Source: an uncultured Porphyromonadaceae bacterium
GTDB taxonomy: Bacteria > Bacteroidota > Bacteroidia > Bacteroidales > Muribaculaceae
Length of the DNA stretch: 64,000 bases
NCBI GenBank assembly: GCA_947174305.1
Contig: CAMWIH010000001.1
Coordinates: 23,999-87,998, forward strand
Reading direction: 5' to 3'
In this document: positions 27,455-36,484 of the stretch, piece by piece
Layout: each line of letters begins with the position of its first letter
Numbering within the stretch: position 1 is the stretch's first letter
The notes under the pieces: generated by a model
The model's database searches: none
Told to the model about the DNA's origin: nothing
Seen by the model: only the letters and a program-made list of their open reading frames with translations
Made by a program: the position numbers and the translations under genes

Positions 27455-28723
27455 TCATCTTATCTTAAGGGTCACAAAGGTTAGAACTGCAAGAAGTATT
27501 CCAACAATCCAGAACCGGGTGACAATCTTGGCCTCAGGGATGCCTCTCACAGGAGAGCGCCATAACACCTTTGCCTCCGGGTCAAGGTCTTTCTGGAAGT
27601 GATGGTGAAGGGGGGTCATTTTGAATATGCGACGCCCTTCGCCATATTTTTTCTTTGTATATTTGAAATATGCCACCTGCATCATCACCGACACATCTTC
27701 CAGGAAGAATATGAGGCATAGCAATGGAATCAGGAGCTCCTTTCGTATGAGGATGGCGAACACTGCCAGGATTCCACCCAAGGTAAGGCTCCCCGTGTCG
27801 CCCATGAACACCTGGGCCGGGAAGGCATTATACCATAGGAATCCCACGAGTGCCCCGATAAATGCCGCGGCATACACGCACAGCTCTTCCGAGCCGGGTA
27901 TGTACATTATGTTAAGGTATTGGGAGTAAATAACATTTCCTCCCAAATATGCCATTATAAGCAATGATATCCCTATAATTGCCGAAGTTCCTGCACACAG
28001 GCCGTCGATACCGTCGGTGAGGTTGGCTCCGTTGCTCACAGCGGTGACAACGATTATCACCACCAATACAAAGACAAGCCAGCCGAGTGTTGTGGCGGCC
28101 TCCTTATTTTTCACCCATCCCGTGAGCCACTCATAATTGAAGTTATTGTTTTTCACGAATGGGATGGTGGTTTGCGGTGACTTTATCTCATCTTTTGACA
28201 CTACTATCTCTGTCTGATGACTGTCGATGTTCTCCACCTCAAAGTTTTCGCTCATCACGATATCGGGTGAAAGCCACATGGTGATTCCCACCAACAGGCC
28301 GAGGCCAACCTGGCCCGTCACCTTGTATTTCCCCTGCAAACCATCTTTGTTGTGATATTTCAGTTTCCTGTAATCGTCGAGGAAACCGATTATTCCCATC
28401 CACACGGTCGCAACCAGCATAAGGAGCATATATATGTTGCTGAGGTTTCCTAAGAGGAGACAGGGAACAAGAATCGAGAGGATGATGATCACGCCGCCCA
28501 TTGTCGGAGTCCCTTTTTTCTGCATCTGCCCCTCAAGGCCGAGGTTGCGGATCTCTTCGCCCACCTGCATGCGTTGCAGGCGATGAATGATCTTTTGTCC
28601 AAACACGAGTGCTATGAGGAGGGCCAAAGAGAATGCTATGCCCGACCGGAAAGTCAGGTAGCTCATCAGGTTATGTCCGGGAAATTTCCATCCGTCCCAA
28701 TATTCAAGTAGAGCGTATAACAT
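27455..28723 (-). CDS. mraY: Phospho-MurNAc-pentapeptide transferase
   Basis: KKGTPTMGG, GFLDDY, NLTDGIDGL, FMGDTGSL and PLHHHF. Confidence 0.96.
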   Translation of the reverse strand: MLYALLEYWDGWKFPGHNLMSYLTFRSGIAFSLALLIALVFGQKIIHRLQRMQVGEEIRNLGLEGQMQKKGTPTMGGVIIILSILVPCLLLGNLSNIYMLLMLVATVWMGIIGFLDDYRKLKYHNKDGLQGKYKVTGQVGLGLLVGITMWLSPDIVMSENFEVENIDSHQTEIVVSKDEIKSPQTTIPFVKNNNFNYEWLTGWVKNKEAATTLGWLVFVLVVIIVVTAVSNGANLTDGIDGLCAGTSAIIGISLLIMAYLGGNVIYSQYLNIMYIPGSEELCVYAAAFIGALVGFLWYNAFPAQVFMGDTGSLTLGGILAVFAILIRKELLIPLLCLIFFLEDVSVMMQVAYFKYTKKKYGEGRRIFKMTPLHHHFQKDLDPEAKVLWRSPVRGIPEAKIVTRFWIVGILLAVLTFVTLKIR

Positions 28724-28745
28724 TTTGGGTTGTTTATATTGGTTG

Positions 28746-28826
28746 CATCTTGATTAATCTTGTCGCATCATGAATAATCTTGATGATTCATCTTGATTAA
28801 TCTTGTCGAATCATGATTATCATGAT
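28746..28826. repeat. 10-bp-period ATC(T/A)TG repeat array
   Basis: Cores at 28747, 28757, 28767, 28777, then 28790, 28800, 28810 and 28819; includes a 28-bp near-exact direct repeat (28746-28773 / 28789-28816). Confidence 0.8.
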
Positions 28827-28839
28827 TGATTTTGATTAT

Positions 28840-30291
28840 TTAAAATCCTTCCTTTACTTCTTCGCGGTCGTCGAAGTGATGTCTGACCCCTTTCACCTCC
28901 TGATATGTTTCATGTCCCTTTCCGGCGACGAGCACCACACTTCCGGGCTTGGCCATTCTCAAGGCAGTGCGGATTGCTTCGCGACGGTCGGTTATGCATA
29001 TTGTGCGACGCAATTCTTCAGAGGTCAGCCCGGCTTTCATATCGGCAATTATTGCATCTGGTTCCTCATCGCGGGGATTGTCGCTGGTCAGGATGAGGAG
29101 GTCGCTACGGCAGGCTGCCTCGCGTGCCATCATGGGTCGCTTGCCATGGTCGCGGTTGCCTCCGGCTCCTACCACGGTGGTTATCTCTCCGCCTGCCCCT
29201 ACAATTTCGCGTATGGTGTCGAGCACATTCACCAAGGCATCGGGAGTGTGGGCATAATCCACGATGGCGGTGATGTCATTTCCTCCGCGTATTGTCTGGA
29301 AACGTCCCGCTACAGGCACGAGTTTGCTCATGTTCACCAGCACTTCCTCTTCATTGAAACCTGTGAGGATAGAAGCGCCATAGACGGCCGTGAGGTTGTA
29401 GGCATTGAACCGGCCGGTGAATCGAACTTCCACCTCATGATTGTTTAGCATCAGTAATGTGCCGTCAAGCCTTGTTTCAAGAATCTTGCAACGGAAATCG
29501 GCATCACTGCGCAATGAATAGGTGTATTTACGTGCCTTGGTGTTCTGCACCATGTATGCCCCTGCCTTGTCGTCGGCATTGACGAGAGCGAAAGCGTCGG
29601 CCGGCAACATATCAAAGAACATCTTCTTGGCGTTCATATAGTTCTCGACAGTGCCGTGGTAGTCGAGATGGTCGCGTGTGAGGTTTGAGAATACACCGCC
29701 GGCAAAGGTGAGTCCCGCAATGCGGTGTTGCTGGGCGGCGTGAGAGGAAACCTCCATGAATGCGTAGTCACATCCGGTCTCCACCATCTCGGCAAGGAGG
29801 GAGTTGAGGGTGAGTGGATCGGGTGTGGTATGGGTTGCGGGCACGGCTCGGTCGTGGATGTAGTTGCACACCGTTGAGAGGAGACCTGCCTTGTAGCCCT
29901 CTAATTTTGCCATTTCATAAAGGAGGGTGGCGGTGGTTGTTTTTCCGTTGGTTCCGGTCACGCCTACAAGTTTAAGTTTGGATGACGGATTGCCGAACCA
30001 GGCGGAAGCGAGTTTGCCGAGCGCCACGCTTGAATCTTTCACGCGGATGTAGGTCACCCCCTTTTCAAGGGATGCCGGAAGGTCCTCGCATACGATAGCC
30101 CCGACGTGGGTGGAAGCCACCACCGGGATATATTTGTGTCCGTCGGTGGTCACACCGCGCACTGCCACGAACATACCTTCCTTGCGGGCCTTGCGTGAGT
30201 CGCTCTGCAAGTCCACTATGGTCTTATCTGTATCGCCTATCACCTCTATGGTGTCTATACCTTTCAGGAGGTGTGATAATTTTACTGCCAT
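28840..30291 (-). CDS. murE: UDP-MurNAc-dipeptide--meso-DAP ligase
   Basis: GVTGTNGKTT, TTPD, MEVSSH, DHLDYH, DYAHTPD, DNPR (DAP specificity) and AGKGHETYQ. Confidence 0.96.
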   Translation of the reverse strand: MAVKLSHLLKGIDTIEVIGDTDKTIVDLQSDSRKARKEGMFVAVRGVTTDGHKYIPVVASTHVGAIVCEDLPASLEKGVTYIRVKDSSVALGKLASAWFGNPSSKLKLVGVTGTNGKTTTATLLYEMAKLEGYKAGLLSTVCNYIHDRAVPATHTTPDPLTLNSLLAEMVETGCDYAFMEVSSHAAQQHRIAGLTFAGGVFSNLTRDHLDYHGTVENYMNAKKMFFDMLPADAFALVNADDKAGAYMVQNTKARKYTYSLRSDADFRCKILETRLDGTLLMLNNHEVEVRFTGRFNAYNLTAVYGASILTGFNEEEVLVNMSKLVPVAGRFQTIRGGNDITAIVDYAHTPDALVNVLDTIREIVGAGGEITTVVGAGGNRDHGKRPMMAREAACRSDLLILTSDNPRDEEPDAIIADMKAGLTSEELRRTICITDRREAIRTALRMAKPGSVVLVAGKGHETYQEVKGVRHHFDDREEVKEGF

Positions 30292-30368
30292 TGCTCCTTT
30301 CTATTTATAAATACCGGCATCTGAATGCCTGTGTTTGAGTTTCAGATATTGAGATTCATTAAATTGGG

Positions 30369-32492
30369 TCATACTTTCAGGGTGAGTGTCATGGTCATCC
30401 CTTTCTTAAGGGGAGTGCCGGCTTCAACCGACTGCCCTCTCACTATTCCGCTTCCGCGCAGCCTCACCTCAATTCCCGCCTGTTCCAGAATCTTGACAGC
30501 TGTCGGTGCGTCATAACCAATCACGCTTGGCACTGCACCGCTTGAAGGAGGAGTGGGTGTCTTCACCTTTTTCACTCTTTCCAAATTCAGTTTTTTCGAC
30601 AGTTTCTTGGGATCGAAAGTATGTGAGGCCGCCAATATCGGGCGGCTTTCTTTTCGCTGTGCTGAGTAGGTGGAGGAATTGTCGAGCAAGCCCCGCGAAT
30701 ACATCTTCACCGCCATATTCTTCACCACCTGGCCGGAAGTGCGGTTGGCCGAATTGCCTCCATTGGCCAACACGAGCGCGATGCAGCTGTATTTCGGTTC
30801 CTCGTATGGGAAAAAGCCTGCGAAGGCATAGCGTCGCTTGGCCTTGTTATACACACCATTTTCCACAGGGAAAGCCGTTCCGGTCTTACCTACCACCATC
30901 ACACGGTCGTCGCGAACGAGTTTGGCGGTTCCGTGTTCACCCCACACAACCTCCTTTATGCACTCCCTCACCTTTCTTGCAGTCTCTTCCGAGCAGATGC
31001 GGTCGCGGATGTATTGAATCGGTATGATCGAGTCGCGGCCCTCCTCATCAATAAGACCTTTCACAAGGTGCGGACGCACATACTTCCCTCCGTTGGCTAT
31101 GGCATTATATACCGACAGGGTGAAGAGAGGCGGAAGTTCCGTATTGTAGCCGTATGCCTGACGGGCAAGGTCGAGATGGCGTGCGGTCATCGTGATGTTG
31201 TTGCCACGCGAGTCTTTCGGGAGAAGCTTACGTATTCTTGGTGTGCATTCTCCGGCGATACCGGAGCGTATCGGTTCAAAGAATCCCATCCCGGCGAGAC
31301 GGTCATAAAACTTGGCCGGATTGGATTCGTAACCACGGAATATGACGCGAGCTATTCCCGGGTTGGAAGACTGTTCGATCACCTGCTTCATTGTCTTCAT
31401 GCCTCCACCGTGGGGGTCGCTGGTTTTCTGGAAAGGCGCACAGCTCACCATATCGGTCACATTCTTCACCAAACCGTCTTCAAATGCTATCATAAGTGAG
31501 ATAGGCTTCATCACGGATCCCGGTTCGAAGGGGAGCACTGCGCGGTTGAGTGCCTCACCGTATGTGCCGTTTTCCAACAGCTCAATGTTTGAGATAGCCT
31601 TTATCTCACCTGTGGCCACTTCCATCAGGATTGCCGTGCCCCATTCTGCATTGGCTTCGGAACAGATATTGAAAAGCTCCTCCTCGAGCATATCCTGAAG
31701 GTCAATGTCGATGGTGGTGCGGATATCATATCCGCGTTGCGCCGGAGTGGCCACCCAGTTGGTGATGCCGTTAGTGAGGGCAACTTTCTTGGCCAGGCCC
31801 GGTTTGCCGTAGAGAAGTGTGTCGAGGTCTTTCTCAAGGCCGGAATATCCGTGGATCTCTCTTGTCTTCTCATTCTCGTTTACGCGACCGATGCTTCGGT
31901 AGGCCATACGCCCATAGGGATACATCCTGATTTTCCGTTCTTCCTTATATAAAGGGTTGCGGAATCCGGCACCCTTGAAGTCTTTCACAAAGGGGAATGT
32001 CTTTATCTTCTCAAAATCCTCCATAGTGCCTTTCTGCACGAGCCTCAGGGCACGCGGACGCTTCTCGTGGGGTTTGTCGAGCTCCTTCTTCAAGCGTGTA
32101 TGCCAGGAATATTTTGCAAGGGTGTCGGGATGTTGGCGAAGGTTTGACACTCTGGGGAAATACACGTCAAGGGAGTCGGCGAGCGAATCCACCTTCTCCC
32201 AAGGGATGCTTTTGAGGGCTTTCACCTTGTTGTGGCGCAAGTCGATCTTTATGTCATACACCTTCAGGTTGCAGGCGAGGATGTTGCCGTTGTCGGCGAG
32301 GATATTTCCGCGTTCGGGTGCTATGGTGTCAACTTTCGACAGTTCCGACTTGGCGCGTTGATTCCATACGGCCGCATCGATGACAGTGGTCTTGAACATC
32401 TTGAATACCACTAAGATGCTGAAAAGCACAAAGCCGATACATATCAGGCCGTAGCGGAAGAGTATATGTTTCTTGTTGTTTTGTTTAGCCAT
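30369..32492 (-). CDS. ftsI: Class B PBP (PBP3) with C-terminal PASTA domain
   Basis: N-terminal TM helix, RGNILA, R.YPYG, GLEK, EPGSVMK (SxxK), SSN and KTGT; PASTA-like C-terminus. Confidence 0.9.
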   Translation of the reverse strand: MAKQNNKKHILFRYGLICIGFVLFSILVVFKMFKTTVIDAAVWNQRAKSELSKVDTIAPERGNILADNGNILACNLKVYDIKIDLRHNKVKALKSIPWEKVDSLADSLDVYFPRVSNLRQHPDTLAKYSWHTRLKKELDKPHEKRPRALRLVQKGTMEDFEKIKTFPFVKDFKGAGFRNPLYKEERKIRMYPYGRMAYRSIGRVNENEKTREIHGYSGLEKDLDTLLYGKPGLAKKVALTNGITNWVATPAQRGYDIRTTIDIDLQDMLEEELFNICSEANAEWGTAILMEVATGEIKAISNIELLENGTYGEALNRAVLPFEPGSVMKPISLMIAFEDGLVKNVTDMVSCAPFQKTSDPHGGGMKTMKQVIEQSSNPGIARVIFRGYESNPAKFYDRLAGMGFFEPIRSGIAGECTPRIRKLLPKDSRGNNITMTARHLDLARQAYGYNTELPPLFTLSVYNAIANGGKYVRPHLVKGLIDEEGRDSIIPIQYIRDRICSEETARKVRECIKEVVWGEHGTAKLVRDDRVMVVGKTGTAFPVENGVYNKAKRRYAFAGFFPYEEPKYSCIALVLANGGNSANRTSGQVVKNMAVKMYSRGLLDNSSTYSAQRKESRPILAASHTFDPKKLSKKLNLERVKKVKTPTPPSSGAVPSVIGYDAPTAVKILEQAGIEVRLRGSGIVRGQSVEAGTPLKKGMTMTLTLKV

Positions 32493-32532
32493 TTATATTT
32501 TCCCTTTAACCATCTTTATAGATCTTCAATTC

Positions 32533-32898
32533 CTATTCATCCCTGAGTTCGTAAGGCGGCTGGTCCTGATATTGCAGGTCGAGACCTTTCTCGGCCACCA
32601 TCTTTCGCATCTCCGTTTCGCGTATGAGCGACATATATCTCGCCTTCTCCTGCAATTTCTCGCTTTCCACGCGCTGAAGCTCCTTGTTGAGCTGTTTGAT
32701 TTCGCTCATCTTGGTCTTTGTTTTGTATCGCAGACCCATCAATGATATGACGGCGACCACGAATATGAGCATCAGCCAGGCGTGGGTCTTGAAAAACTCG
32801 AGGCTCACCGAACGCCCGTATCGGAGCTCGCTCATCCAGCCGCTGTTATGTTCCTTTTTTTTCTCTTTCGTTTTTTTGGTTTTCTTCTCTTTAGCCAT
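32533..32898 (-). CDS. ftsL: FtsL-like cell division protein
   Basis: 121 aa with a TM helix and coiled coil, between rsmH and ftsI. Confidence 0.75.
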   Translation of the reverse strand: MAKEKKTKKTKEKKKEHNSGWMSELRYGRSVSLEFFKTHAWLMLIFVVAVISLMGLRYKTKTKMSEIKQLNKELQRVESEKLQEKARYMSLIRETEMRKMVAEKGLDLQYQDQPPYELRDE

Positions 32899-32913
32899 TT
32901 TGAATCCTTCCCC

Positions 32914-33822
32914 TTAAATTTTCTCGGCAATTCTCAATTTTGCACTCCTGCTTCGCGGATTGCGTTCGATCTCCTCTTCTGAAGGCACAATCGGACTGCG
33001 AGTGATGGCCTTCCAGGGGGTGGAGACTTTTCCGAAGAAGTCTTTCTCCTCAATTCCTTCCACATTTCCGGTCTTGATGAAATTTTTCACAATTCGGTCT
33101 TCGATTGAGTGGTATGTGATCACAGCAAGCCGACCTCCCTCTTTAAGCTTGTGGGCGGAAGATTGGAGGAAATGCTTCAGTGCCTCCATCTCTCCGTTGA
33201 CCTCGATTCTCAATGCCTGGAACACTTGTGCCATATCTTTCTTCTCCTGCCGGGGATTAAGGAATGGCCTGACGGCATCGGCAAGCCGGAATGTTGTGGT
33301 CAGAGGTTCTTTGTCACGGGCAGTAACTAATGCCTTTGCCAATGCGAAGGGTTTCTTCAGGTCGGTATATGTGCGGAAGAGTGAGGTGAGAGCCTTTTCA
33401 TCGTATGTGGCAAGTATGTCGGCGGCTGTCTCCCCTCCCCTGCGGTTCATGCGCATATCAAGGGGCGCGTCGTTGCGGAAGGAGAAGCCACGTTCAGCCG
33501 AATCGAAATGATGAAACGACACCCCTAAGTCGGCCAATATGCCATCTACTTTCTCCACATTGTGATAACGGAGAAAATTTGACAGGTAGCGGTAGTTGGA
33601 ATGAACGAAGGTGAAGCGGGCATCGTCGGGCACATTCCCGAAAGCATCCATATCACGGTCGAATCCGTAGAGGCTTCCCTCCGGGCCAAGCTGAGCCAGG
33701 ATTCCACGCGAATGGCCGCCTCCACCGAAAGTGACGTCAACATAAACACCGTCAGGCTTTATGTCAAGGCCGGCAATGGCTTCTTCGAACAGTGCGGGTA
33801 TGTGGTATATCTCTTCGCTCAT
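32914..33822 (-). CDS. rsmH: 16S rRNA m4C1402 methyltransferase
   Basis: DVTFGGGGHS, DLGVS, RGFSF..PLDMRM, FQALRIEVN, HSIEDRIVK and NPRSRSAKLR. Confidence 0.96.
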   Translation of the reverse strand: MSEEIYHIPALFEEAIAGLDIKPDGVYVDVTFGGGGHSRGILAQLGPEGSLYGFDRDMDAFGNVPDDARFTFVHSNYRYLSNFLRYHNVEKVDGILADLGVSFHHFDSAERGFSFRNDAPLDMRMNRRGGETAADILATYDEKALTSLFRTYTDLKKPFALAKALVTARDKEPLTTTFRLADAVRPFLNPRQEKKDMAQVFQALRIEVNGEMEALKHFLQSSAHKLKEGGRLAVITYHSIEDRIVKNFIKTGNVEGIEEKDFFGKVSTPWKAITRSPIVPSEEEIERNPRSRSAKLRIAEKI

Positions 33823-34010
33823 CTTTACAGAATTTTTAGAGGGCAGTCGAATCGAATCTCAGAAAGTATGGAATTTGCAATTGTAAATTTTGCCTTTCTA
33901 TTTCAAATTGTAAAGTTAGCGATTTTTTATCAACATTTCGTTATAAATGCGTGGCCTTTAAATATTTTTTTGAAAAAACTTATCAACAGGGTTTAAGGGG
34001 GAATTATGGT

Positions 34011-35183
34011 TTATCCTTTTTTAGGTAATATCCTGCTTTTAAAATTTTCAATTGTATTCTCATACACCGCCATTATCTTCCCTGCCATCTCTTCTCCGCA
34101 GAAACGTTTTGCGTATTCTTTCCCTGCCTCACCCATCAGGCGAGCTGAGGCAGGATCGCTGAGTATTGAATGTATGGCCTGCACCATTTCAACGGGATTT
34201 TCAGGGTCGATGTAGAGTGTATCGGGTCCGCCTGCCTCCTCGAGGCAGCTTCCCGTGGCGGCAATCACGGGCCGGCGGCTTTCAAGAGCTTCGAGGATGG
34301 GGATGCCGAAGCCTTCATAACGCGACGGATAAGCCACAATTTCTGCCGCCTGGTTAACACCGGGAAGATCGGCAAAGGGTAGGCCCTCAATAAACTTTAT
34401 GCGTGAGGTCACGCCGCTCTCGGAGGCAAGGCGTTCTATCTCTTTTTTATATCCATGATGATCTTTCCCTACAACCACAAGGCTCATGTCGGGCGAAATA
34501 TTGCTTAAAGCCCTTACTGTGACCTCCAGGTTTTTCCGTTTCTCTATTGTTCCAACTTGGAGGATATATCTCTCCGGGAGGTTGAGCCGTGCTCTCAGGG
34601 CCTTTAATTCTTCGGGGCTCCATCGACGGCGGAACTGCGGATCGCACCCCTGATAGATCACCGTCACCTTATCCGGGTCTATGCCGTAAAGCTCAACCAC
34701 ATCATCCTTGGTCCGTTGCGATACGGCTATGATATGGTCGGCATTACGGCAACTGCGGCCATATTTGAAGTCATAGATCATTCGGTCCGCCATCTTGTAG
34801 CATGAGGGGAGCCGACGATAGATAACATCGTGCATCGTGACTACTGATGGAACGCCGGAGGAGGCTATGTTGAGGGGAAGCTCGTTGCTGAGGCCGTGAA
34901 ACAGGTCAACCTTGTCGGCCCGGAGGTGGTTGGTGATTCCGAATGTGCGCCAGAGGCTCCCCTTGAGTCCCTGAGGAGCGGGATAACGGAACTCGATATT
35001 GGGCAGAGATTTGATCTTTTCGAGTCGTGCATTATCACGCATTTCAGGCGTATAAAGCAGAAGGGTATCCCCCGGATAATTCTCGGAGATACCCTCTATT
35101 ACCAGCCGGGAATAATTACCCAGCCCTGTCATATTGTTCACGGCTCTTTTGCCGTCGTAACCTATTCTCATTTTGACATCCAT
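34011..35183 (-). CDS. Glycosyltransferase family 4
   Basis: TGLGNYSR, VTMHDVI, VGTIEKRKN and YPSRYEGFGIPILEAL. The start may be the ATG at 35171. Confidence 0.88.
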   Translation of the reverse strand: MDVKMRIGYDGKRAVNNMTGLGNYSRLVIEGISENYPGDTLLLYTPEMRDNARLEKIKSLPNIEFRYPAPQGLKGSLWRTFGITNHLRADKVDLFHGLSNELPLNIASSGVPSVVTMHDVIYRRLPSCYKMADRMIYDFKYGRSCRNADHIIAVSQRTKDDVVELYGIDPDKVTVIYQGCDPQFRRRWSPEELKALRARLNLPERYILQVGTIEKRKNLEVTVRALSNISPDMSLVVVGKDHHGYKKEIERLASESGVTSRIKFIEGLPFADLPGVNQAAEIVAYPSRYEGFGIPILEALESRRPVIAATGSCLEEAGGPDTLYIDPENPVEMVQAIHSILSDPASARLMGEAGKEYAKRFCGEEMAGKIMAVYENTIENFKSRILPKKG

Positions 35184-35201
35184 TATTTGATGAAGGCTTT
35201 A

Positions 35202-36362
35202 TTAGCAGGCAAAGATGATTTTATGTATTCTCGGTTTGATTTTCAGGAGAGAATCCACTCCTAAAACTGTCAACACGATGGCTAATGATATCAATGCCAC
35301 GATTGGAATCTCGGCCCATGCACCCGCCTTTATGCCTGAAACAAGCCAGGGGAGCTGCACATCTTTCAGCATCCGGATAATGAAATAATGGAAGAGATAG
35401 ATGGGTAGCGTGTTCTTGCCGATGAATTTCAGTAGTCGGCCTATTGCGCCATTCCCTATAAAGAAGCGTCGCAGATAAAAAAATAGTGTAATGGAGAAGA
35501 GTATGCCGGTGCAGGCCGCCCCATAGAATGTCCAGATGGGCACACGGAAACGGGGGGTGAACCAGAACACTACGAATGTCAATGCCAGGACAGCAATCCC
35601 GACGATATTCCGGCTCAAAAGCTTCCAGAGCTGTTGGTCGAATGCACGTGCGGCAGCTCCCAGGTAGAAGAACACTTGGTAGCGGGTGAGGTGAGTGAGG
35701 CTAAAGAACTCACACACGGCCCGTATCCCTTTAGGACTCTTTGGCGTGACAGCTCCGGAATAGAGCCATTCAATCAGTGCGCAGAGGGCGGCTATACCCA
35801 GGAATACCAGTCCCTGAATATTTCTTGAGACTTTTCGGCTCGACAGCAGGTAATTTACCAGTGCGAAGATGCAGAACACCTCGACAAGCACGAAGGTGAA
35901 CCAGTATCCGGACTTGAATTCGCTGATTCCGTTAACTGAAAACCTCTTGAATAGCTCCCCAAGAAATTCACCGAAATTAAGATAATTGCCGTAATATGTC
36001 ACCTCGAAGATGATGAACGAAGTGAAGATTATAAAGGTAGGCAACAATTGCTTATGCCATCGGTTGCCGAGACGTTTCTTCAGTTTGTCGCGGTCATAGT
36101 TGAAGGAATAGGCGAAGAAACCGCTGATGAAAAAGAAGAGCGGCATTCGGAAAAGCTGCAGTGTCATTGCGGTGTAGGTGGTGACATTCAGGCTCATCAC
36201 AAGTACATGCCAATATACAACCAATATCATTGTAACGCCACGCAGTGCGTCGATAAAGTCAAGCCTCCCATCCATGTTGAATGTTCCTGCGCCTGAATTT
36301 GGAAGAAGTAGGAAATCACGGAGAGAGGGTATGCAATTTCTGATGTTAAAAGTCATTTTCAT
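35202..36362 (-). CDS. Acyltransferase family 3 (membrane O-acyltransferase)
   Basis: RLDFIDALRG..LVV..H, FRMPLFFFISGF, YWFT and GKNTLPIYLFH; about 10 TM helices. Confidence 0.85.
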   Translation of the reverse strand: MKMTFNIRNCIPSLRDFLLLPNSGAGTFNMDGRLDFIDALRGVTMILVVYWHVLVMSLNVTTYTAMTLQLFRMPLFFFISGFFAYSFNYDRDKLKKRLGNRWHKQLLPTFIIFTSFIIFEVTYYGNYLNFGEFLGELFKRFSVNGISEFKSGYWFTFVLVEVFCIFALVNYLLSSRKVSRNIQGLVFLGIAALCALIEWLYSGAVTPKSPKGIRAVCEFFSLTHLTRYQVFFYLGAAARAFDQQLWKLLSRNIVGIAVLALTFVVFWFTPRFRVPIWTFYGAACTGILFSITLFFYLRRFFIGNGAIGRLLKFIGKNTLPIYLFHYFIIRMLKDVQLPWLVSGIKAGAWAEIPIVALISLAIVLTVLGVDSLLKIKPRIHKIIFAC

Positions 36363-36457
36363 ATCTGAGAAGAGTTAATGAGAATGCTCATCTTTAAGTA
36401 ACGTAGCCGGGATGCCTTTATTGTATAATTTTTCTTGCATATTCCGTTGCGTAATGG

Positions 36458-36465
36458 TAACTTTG
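36458..36465 (+). promoter_or_regulatory. -7 promoter box for purF
   Basis: TAACTTTG about 20 nt upstream of the ATG at 36485. Confidence 0.7.
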
Positions 36466-36484
36466 CGGAAGATTTCAATTATAT

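Noticed and set aside
28724-28839. Absence of murF between murE and mraY as a novelty
   Set aside because: murF commonly lies outside the dcw cluster in Bacteroidales.
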